Shown here one piece after another: positions 1 to 9,786 of a stretch of 64,000 nt of DNA. Source of the DNA: an uncultured Gemmatimonadales bacterium (lineage in GTDB: Bacteria > Gemmatimonadota > Gemmatimonadetes > Gemmatimonadales > Gemmatimonadaceae); contig CAWKMU010000003.1 in NCBI GenBank assembly GCA_963850905.1, positions 1,216,001 through 1,280,000 on the forward strand. The letters are read 5' to 3'. Under the pieces are notes generated by a model. That model did no database searches. It was not told the DNA's origin and saw only the letters and a program-made list of their open reading frames with translations. The first letter of the stretch is position 1, and every line of letters begins with the position of its first letter. Position numbers and translations under genes: made by a program.

Positions 1-16
1 ATGGTGAGTTCGTCGC

Positions 17-547
17 ATGGGTGACATCGAGCGGTTGTTTCACACGTACCATGCACCACTCGTGCGTTACCTGACGCGCCGGCTGGGCGACGCCGACTGG
101 GCAGAGGAGGTCGCGCAGGAGACGTTCCTGCGCGCCCTCCGGCAGGAGACGATCGTGAATGAGCGAGCCTGGTTGTTCGCGGTTGCGACGAACCTCGTGC
201 GCGACGAAGCACGCAAAGACGCTCGTCGTCGACGGCACCTGGCCTTATTGGCCGAACAGGAGCGAGAGTCGGCGAGCGAGCCCGAGGTCACGACGTTGGA
301 GCGAGCGCAGGAAGCGGCGCTCGCTCGGCGGGCGGTCGATTCGCTGGCGGAACGCGATCGGTTGGCGCTCTTGATGCGCGAGGAAGGGTTGGACTATCAC
401 GAGATCGCCGAGGCGCTCGGCCTCTCCGTGGGGTCGGTCGGTACGACGCTCGCACGTGCGCGGCGTCGACTGGCCGATACGTACGACGCGTTGCAGCGAG
501 AGGCAGACGCGCGCCACGCGCGTCGAGGTGGTTATGCTGGAGCATGA
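17..547 (+). CDS. ECF RNA polymerase sigma-70 factor
   Basis: Region 2 motif (AEEVAQETFLRA...AWLFAVATN) and region 4 HTH (EGLDYHEIAEALGLSVGSVGTTLARARRRL); overlaps the downstream anti-sigma gene. Confidence 0.95.
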   Translation: MGDIERLFHTYHAPLVRYLTRRLGDADWAEEVAQETFLRALRQETIVNERAWLFAVATNLVRDEARKDARRRRHLALLAEQERESASEPEVTTLERAQEAALARRAVDSLAERDRLALLMREEGLDYHEIAEALGLSVGSVGTTLARARRRLADTYDALQREADARHARRGGYAGA

Positions 548-1884
548 GGGAAATTCCGTGAACGGACACGCGAATGAGGCGGGCGCGCGCCACATCGACG
601 AGGGCACGGTACACGCCTGGCTCGACGGACAGCTCTCTGCCGATGAGGCTGCGCGCGTCGAGCGGCATGTTGCGGCATGTGGCGCGTGCTCGGCGCTGGT
701 CGCGGAGGCCCGCGGGCACGTCGCGGCGGCAACGCGCATCCTCAACTCGCTCGAATGGAGTGCCGACGCGGGTGGTCCCGCAAGCGCACCGGTGGTCGCA
801 CCAGTGGCAGCTGCGCATCGCGGCTGCGATCGTGGTGATGGCCATGGGTACCGCGGTGTTCCTGCGAGGGTCGCATAGTCCGTCGAGTGCGGCACATGAC
901 GAGCGTCCACTGGATCGAGTGGCGGGACCCGCGGTCCAATCGGCGCCCAGCGCCAGTATCGTGGCTCCGCAGCCCGAACTGTCGGAACGCGCCCTCAAGC
1001 CGGAGAAGAAGTCCAGCGCAACGCGTCCCCGGCAGAGTGTTCGTGAGGCTGAGACCGACGCCGTGCGCAGCGACAGCACGCGCATACCGCCCATGGCACC
1101 GTCCCCACTCGCCAACGGGGCTCGCGCCAGGGAGCTCGTCCCACCGGTGCCTGCCTCGGGTGTCGACACGAGTGGAGTGCCTGCGGTTGCGACCGCGCCC
1201 ACCATCGAGAACTCGTTGCAGGCGCAGGCCCCACTCGCGGCGCGTGCCGTCGCAGCTCGCCGCGTCACGGGTCGAGTGGTGGACGGGGAACAGCGCGCCC
1301 CGGTGGCAGCCGCAGAGGTGGTGATCCCCGGCACCATCATCGGCCAAAGCACGACCGACAGCGGCACGTTCAACATCACAGTGCCCGCCGACGCCAAGTC
1401 TCTCATGGTGCGCCGGATCGGCTATCTGGCCGAGAACGTGCCGCTCACTCCTGGAACGACCGATTACACCATTCCACTCAAGAGGGACGTGCTCCGACTG
1501 GAGTCACAGGTAGTGACTGGCGCGGCCAGCACCATCGGTACTCAGAACGCCGCGACTGCGGCGAAGGTGATGGCCGCGCCACAGAACGCCGGCGAGTCTG
1601 GTGGTGGTCTTCGGATCGCGCTCGCGGGCTCACAATGTCAAGGTCGGGTCGTGCGCGTGGCGACGGGCGCCGAGGGATTGGGACTCGGCGACTCGACCGA
1701 AGCACGGTTGACGTCGACGCCGAGCCAGAGTCTCGATCAAACGGGCTTTGACGTTCGACTCGTTCCCGATACGGCCTCCGCACCCGCCGGCAGTTGGCAG
1801 CCGATCGGACGCGATTCTGCCCTCGTCAAGCTTCAAGGGCCACGTGCCGCCACGCAGACGCGGGTGGCGTGCGGCGGCGATTAA
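534..1884 (+). CDS. zf-HC2 anti-sigma factor with TM helix and carboxypeptidase-regulatory-like (SusC N-terminal-like) domain; +1 frameshift at ~754
   Basis: ATG 534 after GAGGTGG; HxxxCxxC (HVAACGAC) in frame 456..878; continues in frame 574..1884 (TM IAAAIVVMAMG; VTGRVVD...RRIGY...LESQVVTG); removing one A at 754-755 joins the frames. Confidence 0.85.
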
Positions 1885-1900
1885 CCGTAATCAGGCACCA

Positions 1901-2002
1901 TGCGGGCGGTGATGCAGAGCGACGCATGCGTCGCCCCTACCCGCCGGTTCACGAGGGTTGTGCGGGCGGTAAAGCGAGGGCGACGCACGGCGTCGCCCCT
2001 AC
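1901..2002 (-). repeat. Two tandem GTAG-type REP palindromes in ~60-bp direct-repeat units
   Basis: gcgacgcatgcgtcgcccctac at 1919-1940 and gggcgacgcacggcgtcgcccctac at 1978-2002, each preceded by tgcgggcggt. Confidence 0.8.
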
Positions 2003-3871
2003 CTTGTGGGTTGGAAGTAGGAGGCGTCGGTCTGTTCGAAGCGGGCGCCGAGCCAATGCACCGCGACATAGATCTCCGTGGCGCCGACGGCCAGGCCGGA
2101 GAAAATCGCGGCCAGGAGCGTAGCGGGAGATGGCATCCCGTCGCTCGACAATCCGACCAGTATCCCCGCGACCGTGACCGTCGGCAGAGCGAGCACCGCG
2201 GTCAGCGCGATCAGGCTCGCGCCGAAGCCGAGGAGGCGCTGGCCGATGACCTCCAGTCCGCCCATGCTGCTCGCGCCAATGCGAGCCCACTCGGGGAATA
2301 GCAGCGCCGCCGCATTCTGGATCAGAAAGCTGGCGCCGTTGATCAGCGGCAGGACGGCAATCGCGACCGCGAACATTGCGAGGTTGCTGGGGAAGGATAT
2401 CGGGAACAGCGATAGTGGACCGCCCCCTTCGTCGATTGGCGTGCTTGCCAGGAAGATGTAGCTCGCCGCGAGCAACGCCCATTGGACCAGCGTGAGCGCA
2501 AGTGTCGACAATGCGATCTCGGCAAATACGAGGACGGGCCCACGCAGCGGGTACGTCCGCAGCATGTCAATGTAGAGGAGATCCTGCCGCAGGTCGTTCC
2601 GCACGGCAAGCGGGCCCAGGACGATCAGAAACATCGCGGCGACGAACGCCAGAGTTCCCAGGAGAACCGCGCCACCCGAGGCCGGACTGCCCGGAAGCAG
2701 ACCGATCTCGCGGGTCGCCATCACGAACGCCGCCAAGCAGAACGATACCCAGAGGCCGGTGCGCAGTCGCACGCCGCGAATGAGCGCGACCGTGTTCTTC
2801 CACAAAAGCGCGACCGCGGGGTCGCCGATCGGCGCGAGCGGGAACAGAGCCCGCCGGGGGCGGGGGACGATCGCCGGAGCCCGGTCGAAGCGCACCGCTG
2901 CCATCGAGCCGCTGATCTTGTCGACCATGCGCGGTGTGGGGAGGGCCGCGCCGGCCCTCCGAGCTCAATGTGCCGCGAGCTGTTCGGCACGGCGCGCCGA
3001 CGCTTCGACCGCCGCATCCTCGAACACGGCATCCGCGCGCACCACCCACAGGATGTGCACGACGAGTAAGGCGACCGCGGGCCCGATGGCCACGAGCCAG
3101 GCGGGGGACGTTTCGGCGTACGACGGCGCGACCGCGACCCGGAACGGCGCGAGCACCTCGTACGGAAGGGGACTGCGGAATGCCATCCAGACCTGCGTGA
3201 GCGCGCGGGGCACCTCGTCGATCGCACGGACACCTGGCCACGCACGCACGGCCGTAAATAGCAGCACCAACAGGCCGGCGACGACGATGAGGACCGGGAT
3301 CGCGTTGCGCCGGAGACCGCGCCCTCGCTCCGCCGCACCGGCGCGCACCAAGGCCGCAGCCATCTGGTGTAGTGACATCGTACAAAAGAGCACCCAGAGC
3401 GAGACGACCCGTAGTGCGGGTGTGAGCTGCGACCCAGCCCGGCGAGCGAGCACCGTGATCAGCACTGCGCTGATCGAGCAGTCCGACTTGCGAGCGCGCA
3501 ATCTTGTACAGCACGAGCGTGCGCCGCCGGATCGGCGCGGGGAAGAGCAACTGAACCTCGGCTGGCGTGAATGCCAGTGCGGTGTTGGTGCTACCGAGCA
3601 ACCACCATTTGGCCGTGATCAGCGCGATTGCGCAGGTGCTCAGCAGCTGAATGCCTCCTCCGACTGCGTCGCCCGAATGACTCGGGCCCAGTGGATTGGG
3701 GACATCGACCGTTGAGCCGCCAGGACGATGCAGCAGGAGCAGCAGGTACGCGCATCCAACCGCAACGGCCAGGACGTACCGGGGAGACCTGAGCCGTCGC
3801 AGCTGCGACGCGGCCCGGTTGTGCAGGGTGCGCGCGCTAAGGTAAGCGAACGCTGAAAGGGTACCACTCAC
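1999..3871 (-). CDS. Putative ABC exporter permease; broken by a frameshift (~3475) and an in-frame TGA (2965-2967)
   Basis: Multi-TM protein with LAFTPAEVQLLFPAP and RNDLRQDL...LRTYPL motifs; segments 3871-3476, 3474-2965 and 2964-1999 (last two in one frame); overlaps the ABC ATPase stop. Confidence 0.8.
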
Positions 3872-4599
3872 GCGGCCGGCGCGTCTCCCGTCAAAGCCAG
3901 GAAGACGTCCTCCAATCCGCGACCGGCGAGCTCAGGGCGTTCAGCCATGACGTTGGCCATCGTGCCGTACGCGACGCGACGCCCCCGCTGGAGCACCAGG
4001 ATGTGTGTGCAGAGCTCCTCGACGAGGTGCAGCAGATGGGAGCTGAGCACGACCGCAGCGCCGGTCCGTGCTCGGTGCGCGATGGTCGCTTTCATTTTGC
4101 GAATGCCCGCGGGATCGAGCCCAGTCAGTGGTTCGTCCAGGATGAGCACCGACGGTGAGTGGAGCAATCCGCATGCGATCGCCAGTTTCTGCCGCATCCC
4201 GCGCGATAATTCCGCCGGAAGCGCATGCCGCTTGTCGAGTAGCTCGAGCTCGGCCAGCAGCGGGCCGACGCGATCGGCTGCATCCGCGACGTTATACAAA
4301 CGAGCGATGAATCGCAGGTGTTCGTCCACGCTCAAGTACTCGAACAGCTGTGGCTCGTCGGGGATGAAGGCCAGGGCCGCCTTGGCTCGCCGCGGATCGA
4401 TCGCGAGGTTCGCACCGGCGACCTGTATTGTCCCGCGCGTCGGAATGGCGATGCCACAGAGGCTGCGCAGGGTGGTGGTCTTGCCGGCGCCATTGGGCCC
4501 GATGAGCCCCATGACGTCGCCGGGGGCCACGGAAAACGACAGGTCGTCGACCGCGACGACGTCGCCAAACAGCTTGGTCAGTCCCGAAACCTCGATCAC
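3868..4599 (-). CDS. ABC transporter ATP-binding protein
   Basis: Walker A GPNGAGKT, signature LSRGMRQK, Walker B ILDEP, H-loop SSH. Confidence 0.96.
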   Translation of the reverse strand: MIEVSGLTKLFGDVVAVDDLSFSVAPGDVMGLIGPNGAGKTTTLRSLCGIAIPTRGTIQVAGANLAIDPRRAKAALAFIPDEPQLFEYLSVDEHLRFIARLYNVADAADRVGPLLAELELLDKRHALPAELSRGMRQKLAIACGLLHSPSVLILDEPLTGLDPAGIRKMKATIAHRARTGAAVVLSSHLLHLVEELCTHILVLQRGRRVAYGTMANVMAERPELAGRGLEDVFLALTGDAPAA

Positions 4600-4728
4600 G
4601 CCGGAAATCTAGACAGATTGCCCTGTTTGTTCGTCGACCGAGTGGCCGGCGGGACGTATGCCTCATCCCTACGCCACGCCGCTGGAGGTGCTCTCGTTGG
4701 ACGCTCGGGCGGGCGTCTTCGTATCGGC

Positions 4729-4806
4729 CCGAGACGTGCCACCACGGCAGGCGACGCATTGCGTCGCCCCTACCCGCCGTGGTTCGGGTCCGAGACGTGC
4801 CACCAC
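4729..4806 (-). repeat. GTAG-type REP copy flanked by a 17-bp direct repeat
   Basis: ggcgacgcattgcgtcgcccctac at 4750-4773; ccgagacgtgccaccac at 4729-4745 and 4790-4806. Confidence 0.75.
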
Positions 4807-4834
4807 AGGATCTGCCTATCTATTAGGATGCAGA

Positions 4835-5275
4835 GTGATCCCTGACTCCCAGACGCCGGCCGTGGGCCGCATCGCAGCCATACAAGGTGCTTTGCTCTCG
4901 GTTCTTCGCATCGTTGTGGGCTTCCTGTTCATTTGTCACGGAGCGTCAAAGCTCTTCAACGTGCTCGGCGGCTCAATGGGCAGTGGCCGGGCGGCCGTCA
5001 CGGGTTCGCTGCTCTGGTTCTCCGGCATCATCGAATTCGGCGGCGGTATCCTCTTGCTGGTGGGCCTGCTCACGCAGGTGACCGCGTTCGTGATTGGCGT
5101 CGAGATGGTCATCGCGTATGCCCGCGTACATGTGCCTCGTGGTCCGTGGCCACTGGTCAACCGCGGCGAGCTTGCGCTGGTATACTGCTTTCTGCTGTTC
5201 TACTTGGCATCGGTCGGTGGAGGCCCACTTTCGCTCGACCAGATGATCGCCAACCGCCGGCGTCTGAGGGGGTAA
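4835..5275 (+). CDS. DoxX family membrane protein
   Basis: LRIVVGFLFICHGASKLF, EFGGGILLLVGLLT and GGGPLSLD DoxX motifs; GTG start chosen at 4835. Confidence 0.9.
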   Translation: MIPDSQTPAVGRIAAIQGALLSVLRIVVGFLFICHGASKLFNVLGGSMGSGRAAVTGSLLWFSGIIEFGGGILLLVGLLTQVTAFVIGVEMVIAYARVHVPRGPWPLVNRGELALVYCFLLFYLASVGGGPLSLDQMIANRRRLRG

Positions 5276-5361
5276 CGCGGGACCGCTCAATGGCGGCGAA
5301 GCACGGAATCACGGGATCAATATGCGCCGCGACGGCGGCACCACACCTGGAGAAGACACGG

Positions 5362-5952
5362 ATGCCGAACGAGAAGACGACGGACCCGGAGCGGCCGGCA
5401 CCGCTGGCGGTAGGAACGCGAGCTCCGGAGTTCACTTTGCGCAGCACGCCCGATCAAACCGTGTCGTTGTCGGATTTCCGCGGACGTCCGGTGATTCTCG
5501 CGTTCTACCCCGCCGATTGGAGTCCGGTATGTGGTGACCAGCTGTCGCTGTACAATGAGGTGCTTGGCGAGTTCCAGCGATTCGGTGCGGAGCTCGTGGG
5601 GATCTCTGTGGACGGCGCGTGGTCCCACGCTGCCTTCGCACAGCAGCGACACTTCCACTTCCCTCTGCTCGCGGATTTCGAGCCGAAGGGAGGAGTGGCG
5701 CGGTTGTACGGGGTGTATAGCGAGAAAAGCGGCCTCAGCAACCGCGCTCTGTTCGTCATCGACGCGGACGGCACGATCCAGTGGAGCTACGTGTCGCCGA
5801 TGGGGGTCAACCCGGGCGCCGATGGCATTCTCGACGCACTCGAATCGCTGTCGGGCGGCGAGGCCGCTCCGGCTGACAGCGATGCGGGAGGGACGGTCCA
5901 GCGACGTTCTGCCCAACCCGCGGCGGCACCGCCGGAGGAGCGAGCTCGGTGA
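5362..5952 (+). CDS. Peroxiredoxin (AhpC/TSA, AhpE-like 1-Cys)
   Basis: FYPADWSPVC peroxidatic motif, ISVD, FPLLADF, RALFVID; GGAG upstream of ATG 5362. Confidence 0.92.
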   Translation: MPNEKTTDPERPAPLAVGTRAPEFTLRSTPDQTVSLSDFRGRPVILAFYPADWSPVCGDQLSLYNEVLGEFQRFGAELVGISVDGAWSHAAFAQQRHFHFPLLADFEPKGGVARLYGVYSEKSGLSNRALFVIDADGTIQWSYVSPMGVNPGADGILDALESLSGGEAAPADSDAGGTVQRRSAQPAAAPPEERAR

Positions 5953-6488
5953 GCCCACTGCGCTCGGCGGTCTCCGACCAGGACCACGTGCGGGGCGATC
6001 GGTCCGCGCCCGTCGTCCTCGTTGAATACGGGGATTTCGAGTGTCCGCATTGCGCGAAGGCGTACGGTGTGGTGAAGGCGCTCGAGCGGCGCTTTCGCGA
6101 TCGGTTGTGCGTCGCGTACAGGCACTTCCCGCTGACGCAGGCCCATCCCCATGCGGAGCACGCGGCGGAAGCGGCCGAAGGCGCCGGAAACCAAGGGCGC
6201 TTCTGGCCTATGCACGACGCGATCTATGAGCATCACGATGCCCTCAATGACGCCGATCTCGTCGCGTATGCCGAAGGGGTCGGTGTGTCGGCTGACGTGA
6301 TCACCGACGCGTGGCTCACTCGCCGGTACGCCGCGCGTATCCGTCAGGATTTCCTCGGCGGAATCCGAAGCGGCGTGAACGGCACACCGAGCTTCTTCAT
6401 CAACGGTGCGAAGTACGAGGGGGATTACGACCTCGCCTCGATGAGTGAAGCTATCGAGGGGGAGTTGCTGGCACGATCCGAGGGCTAA
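5949..6488 (+). CDS. DsbA-family thioredoxin-fold protein
   Basis: EYGDFECPHC, RHFPL, GVNGTPSFFING; GTGA overlap with the peroxiredoxin gene. Confidence 0.93.
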   Translation: MSPLRSAVSDQDHVRGDRSAPVVLVEYGDFECPHCAKAYGVVKALERRFRDRLCVAYRHFPLTQAHPHAEHAAEAAEGAGNQGRFWPMHDAIYEHHDALNDADLVAYAEGVGVSADVITDAWLTRRYAARIRQDFLGGIRSGVNGTPSFFINGAKYEGDYDLASMSEAIEGELLARSEG

Positions 6489-6498
6489 ACGCCCGGGT

Positions 6499-7008
6499 CT
6501 ACCCCCTAGCCACTGCCGGATCTAGCAGCGCCCTGTGCCAGGCGCGCCCCACCACGGTCTCGAAGCGAGAGCGCCAGTCCCCGGCCGTTGCGATCGTTGC
6601 GTCAAAGACGGGCGTGGCGGTGGTGATCGCCCCGGACGCGCTGAGCGCGGTGAACTCATCACGGGTAACGGTGTGAATTTGACCGGAGCCGTCCCGATAG
6701 TGGACCTGTCCGGCGCTCACGATTGTCGTGCCGAGCGTCGATTGCAGCGCCTGCAGGGTGCGAAAGAGCCCGTCAATCGAGCAGCCGGAGGCGTACGCGT
6801 CGGTTTGATCGACACCGATGGCGAGGAAGCGATCGTCGCGCCACGCCCGCGCGCACGTCAGCGGGTGTCCATGTGCTTGCCAATGCTGGAGATACTGATC
6901 GACTTCGCTCAGCAGCGGCTCGGCATCCCGACCGGGAAGCGGGCGGCTAGAGGAGAAGATCCACACCCGCGCGGACGCAGGCAGCGTTTCAAATGGGACA
7001 AGACTCAT
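6499..7008 (-). CDS. Conserved hypothetical protein (RVWI.../W.AHG.PL/ASGCSID family)
   Basis: Motifs SARVWIF, WQAHGHPL and ASGCSID recalled from an uncharacterised family common in Bacteroidota; no Walker motifs. Confidence 0.75.
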   Translation of the reverse strand: MSLVPFETLPASARVWIFSSSRPLPGRDAEPLLSEVDQYLQHWQAHGHPLTCARAWRDDRFLAIGVDQTDAYASGCSIDGLFRTLQALQSTLGTTIVSAGQVHYRDGSGQIHTVTRDEFTALSASGAITTATPVFDATIATAGDWRSRFETVVGRAWHRALLDPAVARG

Positions 7009-7070
7009 GTAGGGAAGGTATCAATCGTGGGGCCCAAGGGTGAGTGGCTCGGGGGGACCAGACGCTACCG

Positions 7071-7985
7071 CTATGTGTCGCTACCCTCGCCCTTGCTCAC
7101 GGCACGTCGCAACGCACCTTCCAACTCGGGGTATTGAAAAGCGAACTGCGACTCGGAGAGTGTGCGGGGAAGGACGCGTTGGCTGGCGAGGAGCGCGGCG
7201 TCCGCGAGCTCGCCGAATGCCAATCGCAGGGCGAAAGCGGGGATGGTCGCGACGGTTGGACGTCGCAGCACGTGGCCGAGGGTCTTGGCGAATTCGCCGT
7301 TCGTCACCGGTGATGGCGACGTGACGTTGATCGGGCCCGATACAGCGCCGTTCTCCAAACCGTAACGAATGACGCGGATCGCGTCCTCTCGGGCGATCCA
7401 ACTCATCCACTGCGTTCCGGGACCGATCTTGCCACCAGCTCCCAGCTCGAATGGGGGCAGCATCTTCGCGAGCGCGCCGCCCGCGCGCGACAGCACGATA
7501 CCAAATCGCGCGTGCACCGTCCGAATCCCGGCGTTCCGAGCAGGTTCGGCTGCCGCCTCCCAGGCACGCCCCACGTCCGCCAGAAAGCCGGAGCCCAAGG
7601 GACTGCGCTCGTCGAGGACTTCGTCGCCCCTGTCACCATAGATGCCGACCGCAGAGGCCACGAGGAATACCTGCGGCAACGGGCGAACCTGGACGAGCGT
7701 GCGGGCCAGGAGCGCTGTGCTATCAACGCGGCTGCTCCTGATTGCACGCTTGTACTCCGTCGTCCAGCGGGTGTCTACCGGAACGCCTCCCAGGTGGACA
7801 ACGCCTTCGATCCCGTCGAGCGCCCTGGGATCGAGCAGGCCCCGTTCGGGATCCCAGCGAATGGCGCCCGGAGCGGCGCGTGCGTCTCCCCGCACCAGGG
7901 GCGTCACCTCGTGGCCTCCCGAACGGAGCGCCGGGACCAGTGCCGACCCGATCAGGCCGGCACTGCCTGTCACGGCGACGTGCAT
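7071..7985 (-). CDS. TIGR01777/YfcH-family NAD(P)-dependent epimerase-like oxidoreductase
   Basis: VTGSAGLIG, ASAVGIYG, RFGIVLS..GGAL, GTQWMSWI, LLASQRV.P. Confidence 0.93.
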   Translation of the reverse strand: MHVAVTGSAGLIGSALVPALRSGGHEVTPLVRGDARAAPGAIRWDPERGLLDPRALDGIEGVVHLGGVPVDTRWTTEYKRAIRSSRVDSTALLARTLVQVRPLPQVFLVASAVGIYGDRGDEVLDERSPLGSGFLADVGRAWEAAAEPARNAGIRTVHARFGIVLSRAGGALAKMLPPFELGAGGKIGPGTQWMSWIAREDAIRVIRYGLENGAVSGPINVTSPSPVTNGEFAKTLGHVLRRPTVATIPAFALRLAFGELADAALLASQRVLPRTLSESQFAFQYPELEGALRRAVSKGEGSDT

Positions 7986-7997
7986 CGCCGCCGAGCC

Positions 7998-8508
7998 TTA
8001 TGGTGTGTTGCCGTTCCCTGAGCCCTGATCCCTGACACCTGATCCCGCTGTTTGGGGATTCGAGTCCCGCAACCGCAGCGCCTCCCGCTTGATTCGCGTC
8101 AGCATCGCATTCAGCCCGACCTCGCGTGCTCCGAGACCAATGCTGTCCATCATCTGACGTGCGAAATCGGCGGGGATTGCGAGGGCGGTCGCAGCAGGCT
8201 GGTCATTCACGGCTGACAACACAATCGCGAGGAACGCGGCGACCGTCGGGGAGCGCCGGACGTCGACGTCAGCGTAGAAGTGCAGCGTGCCATCGTGCAC
8301 GCATCTCGGGGAAGAGATCCACCCGCGTCTGGCACTCGGGGACGGTATACGCGCTGCGGTCCAGGTCGCGAAACCGCTCCGGCAGCGGCTCCAACTTTCG
8401 CGAGTACTGCAACAGGGCCTGCATCTTGTCCTCGCGGGACAGCGCCCGAAAGTACTTGAGCACGCGCTCGACCGAGGGTGGCACCGCGCTCGGTGACTCG
8501 TTCGGCAT
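7998..8508 (-). CDS. sufE: SufE-family sulfur acceptor protein; frameshift at ~8298
   Basis: N-half LLQYSRKL.PLP...VPECQT.V (8269..8508) and C-half LHFYADV...SPTV...IP.DF...GL.AML.RIK in another frame. Confidence 0.85.
8016..8046. repeat. 7-bp tandem repeat (CCCTGAN)x4
   Basis: ccctgag ccctgat ccctgac acctgat ccc at the 3' end of sufE. Confidence 0.8.
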
Positions 8509-8520
8509 GAGAAAAAGCTA

Positions 8521-9786
8521 ATGCGCATCACGATCATCACAGTGGGCTCGCGTGGGGACGCGCAGCCGTATACGGCGCTCGCGGCTGGCCTGGCGCGACG
8601 CGGGCACGAGGTAACGCTGGCGACGCACGCGATTTTCCGCCCACTCGTGCAAGCCGCTGGCGTCGCCTTCGCTCCCATCGCCGGTGATCCCGCCGCAATC
8701 GTCGCGGCGGCGGATCGTTGGCTCGTGACGGGACGCGCCCGAGACGCCCTCCCGGGCATTCGCTATTTCATTCACGCCCACGGCCCGCTGCTCGATGCGA
8801 TGCTGGCTGACTACTGGCGAGTGGCGCAGGGGACCAATGTGCTCGTCTATTCGAATGTGGCATTCGCAGCCTGGAGTGTGGCCGAGCGACTGGGGGTGCC
8901 GGGGATCGCGGCCGGGCTGCAGCCGCTGCACCGCACGCGTGCGTTCCCATTCATCGGTGTGCCAAGTCGCTTGGCACTCGGACCGGCGCTCAATGAGGCG
9001 ACGTACGCGCTGGCGGGGCGCCTCGTGTGGGAGTCGCAGCGACGACGCGTGACGGCGTGGCGCACACGCGTGCTCGGTCTGTCACCAGCGCGGTGGCGAG
9101 GTCCCTTTGGCAAGCCGGAGGCCGATGGTGCGGGGCCGCCGGCGATCTACGGATACAGCCCGCTAGTCGTCGACCGGCCCGCCGACTGGTCCTCCAGCGT
9201 CCACGTCACGGGCTACTGGACACTGCCGCTCGAGCGCGATTGGCGACCGCCGCCGGCACTGGAGCGCTTTCTCGATGCCGGGCCGCGCCCAGTCTACATC
9301 GGTTTCGGGAGCATGACGCCTCACAGGGCGGAACGGCTGACGGCCATTGCGGTTGAAGCGCTCGCCCTTGCCGAGCAGCGAGGGGTCCTGTTGAGCGGGT
9401 GGGGGGAGCTGGGGTCAGGTACTCTGCCTGACACGGCGTTCGCCGTGCGCGACGTGCCGCACGAATGGCTCTTCCCGCGCATGGGAGCGATCGTGCACCA
9501 CGGAGGGGCTGGCACAACGGGCGCGGCGCTACGAGCGGGCGTGCCGTCTGTGGTCTCGCCCCTGGGATTCGACCAACCATACTGGGGCGCGCGCGTTGCC
9601 GCGCTCGGCGTCGGGCCCGAGCCGGTCCCTCGACGAAGGCTTACGGCCCTGGGTCTTGCGCAGGCGATCGATCGCGCGGTGCGCGGTGGCGAGATGCGGT
9701 CGCGTGCGGCCGCGCTGGGCGAGCGTCTGCGCGCGGAACGCGGGATCGACGCCGCTGCGCAGATCATCGAAGGGTCTCTAGTTTAG
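8521..9786 (+). CDS. GT1 glycosyltransferase (sterol 3-beta-glucosyltransferase-like)
   Basis: GSRGDAQP, VYIGFGSM, VPHEWLFP...HHGGAGTT...DQPYW UDP-sugar binding motif. Confidence 0.93.
   Translation: MRITIITVGSRGDAQPYTALAAGLARRGHEVTLATHAIFRPLVQAAGVAFAPIAGDPAAIVAAADRWLVTGRARDALPGIRYFIHAHGPLLDAMLADYWRVAQGTNVLVYSNVAFAAWSVAERLGVPGIAAGLQPLHRTRAFPFIGVPSRLALGPALNEATYALAGRLVWESQRRRVTAWRTRVLGLSPARWRGPFGKPEADGAGPPAIYGYSPLVVDRPADWSSSVHVTGYWTLPLERDWRPPPALERFLDAGPRPVYIGFGSMTPHRAERLTAIAVEALALAEQRGVLLSGWGELGSGTLPDTAFAVRDVPHEWLFPRMGAIVHHGGAGTTGAALRAGVPSVVSPLGFDQPYWGARVAALGVGPEPVPRRRLTALGLAQAIDRAVRGGEMRSRAAALGERLRAERGIDAAAQIIEGSLV

Noticed and set aside
1901..2002. ~60-bp periodic repeats as a mini CRISPR array
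   Set aside because: Only two units, with GTAG-REP structure, dispersed copies elsewhere and no cas genes.
2965..2967. In-frame TGA in the ABC permease as selenocysteine or programmed readthrough
   Set aside because: The context (AAH*ARRAG) fits CGA-Arg in a non-catalytic linker, and the site matches the GATG-linked error pattern.
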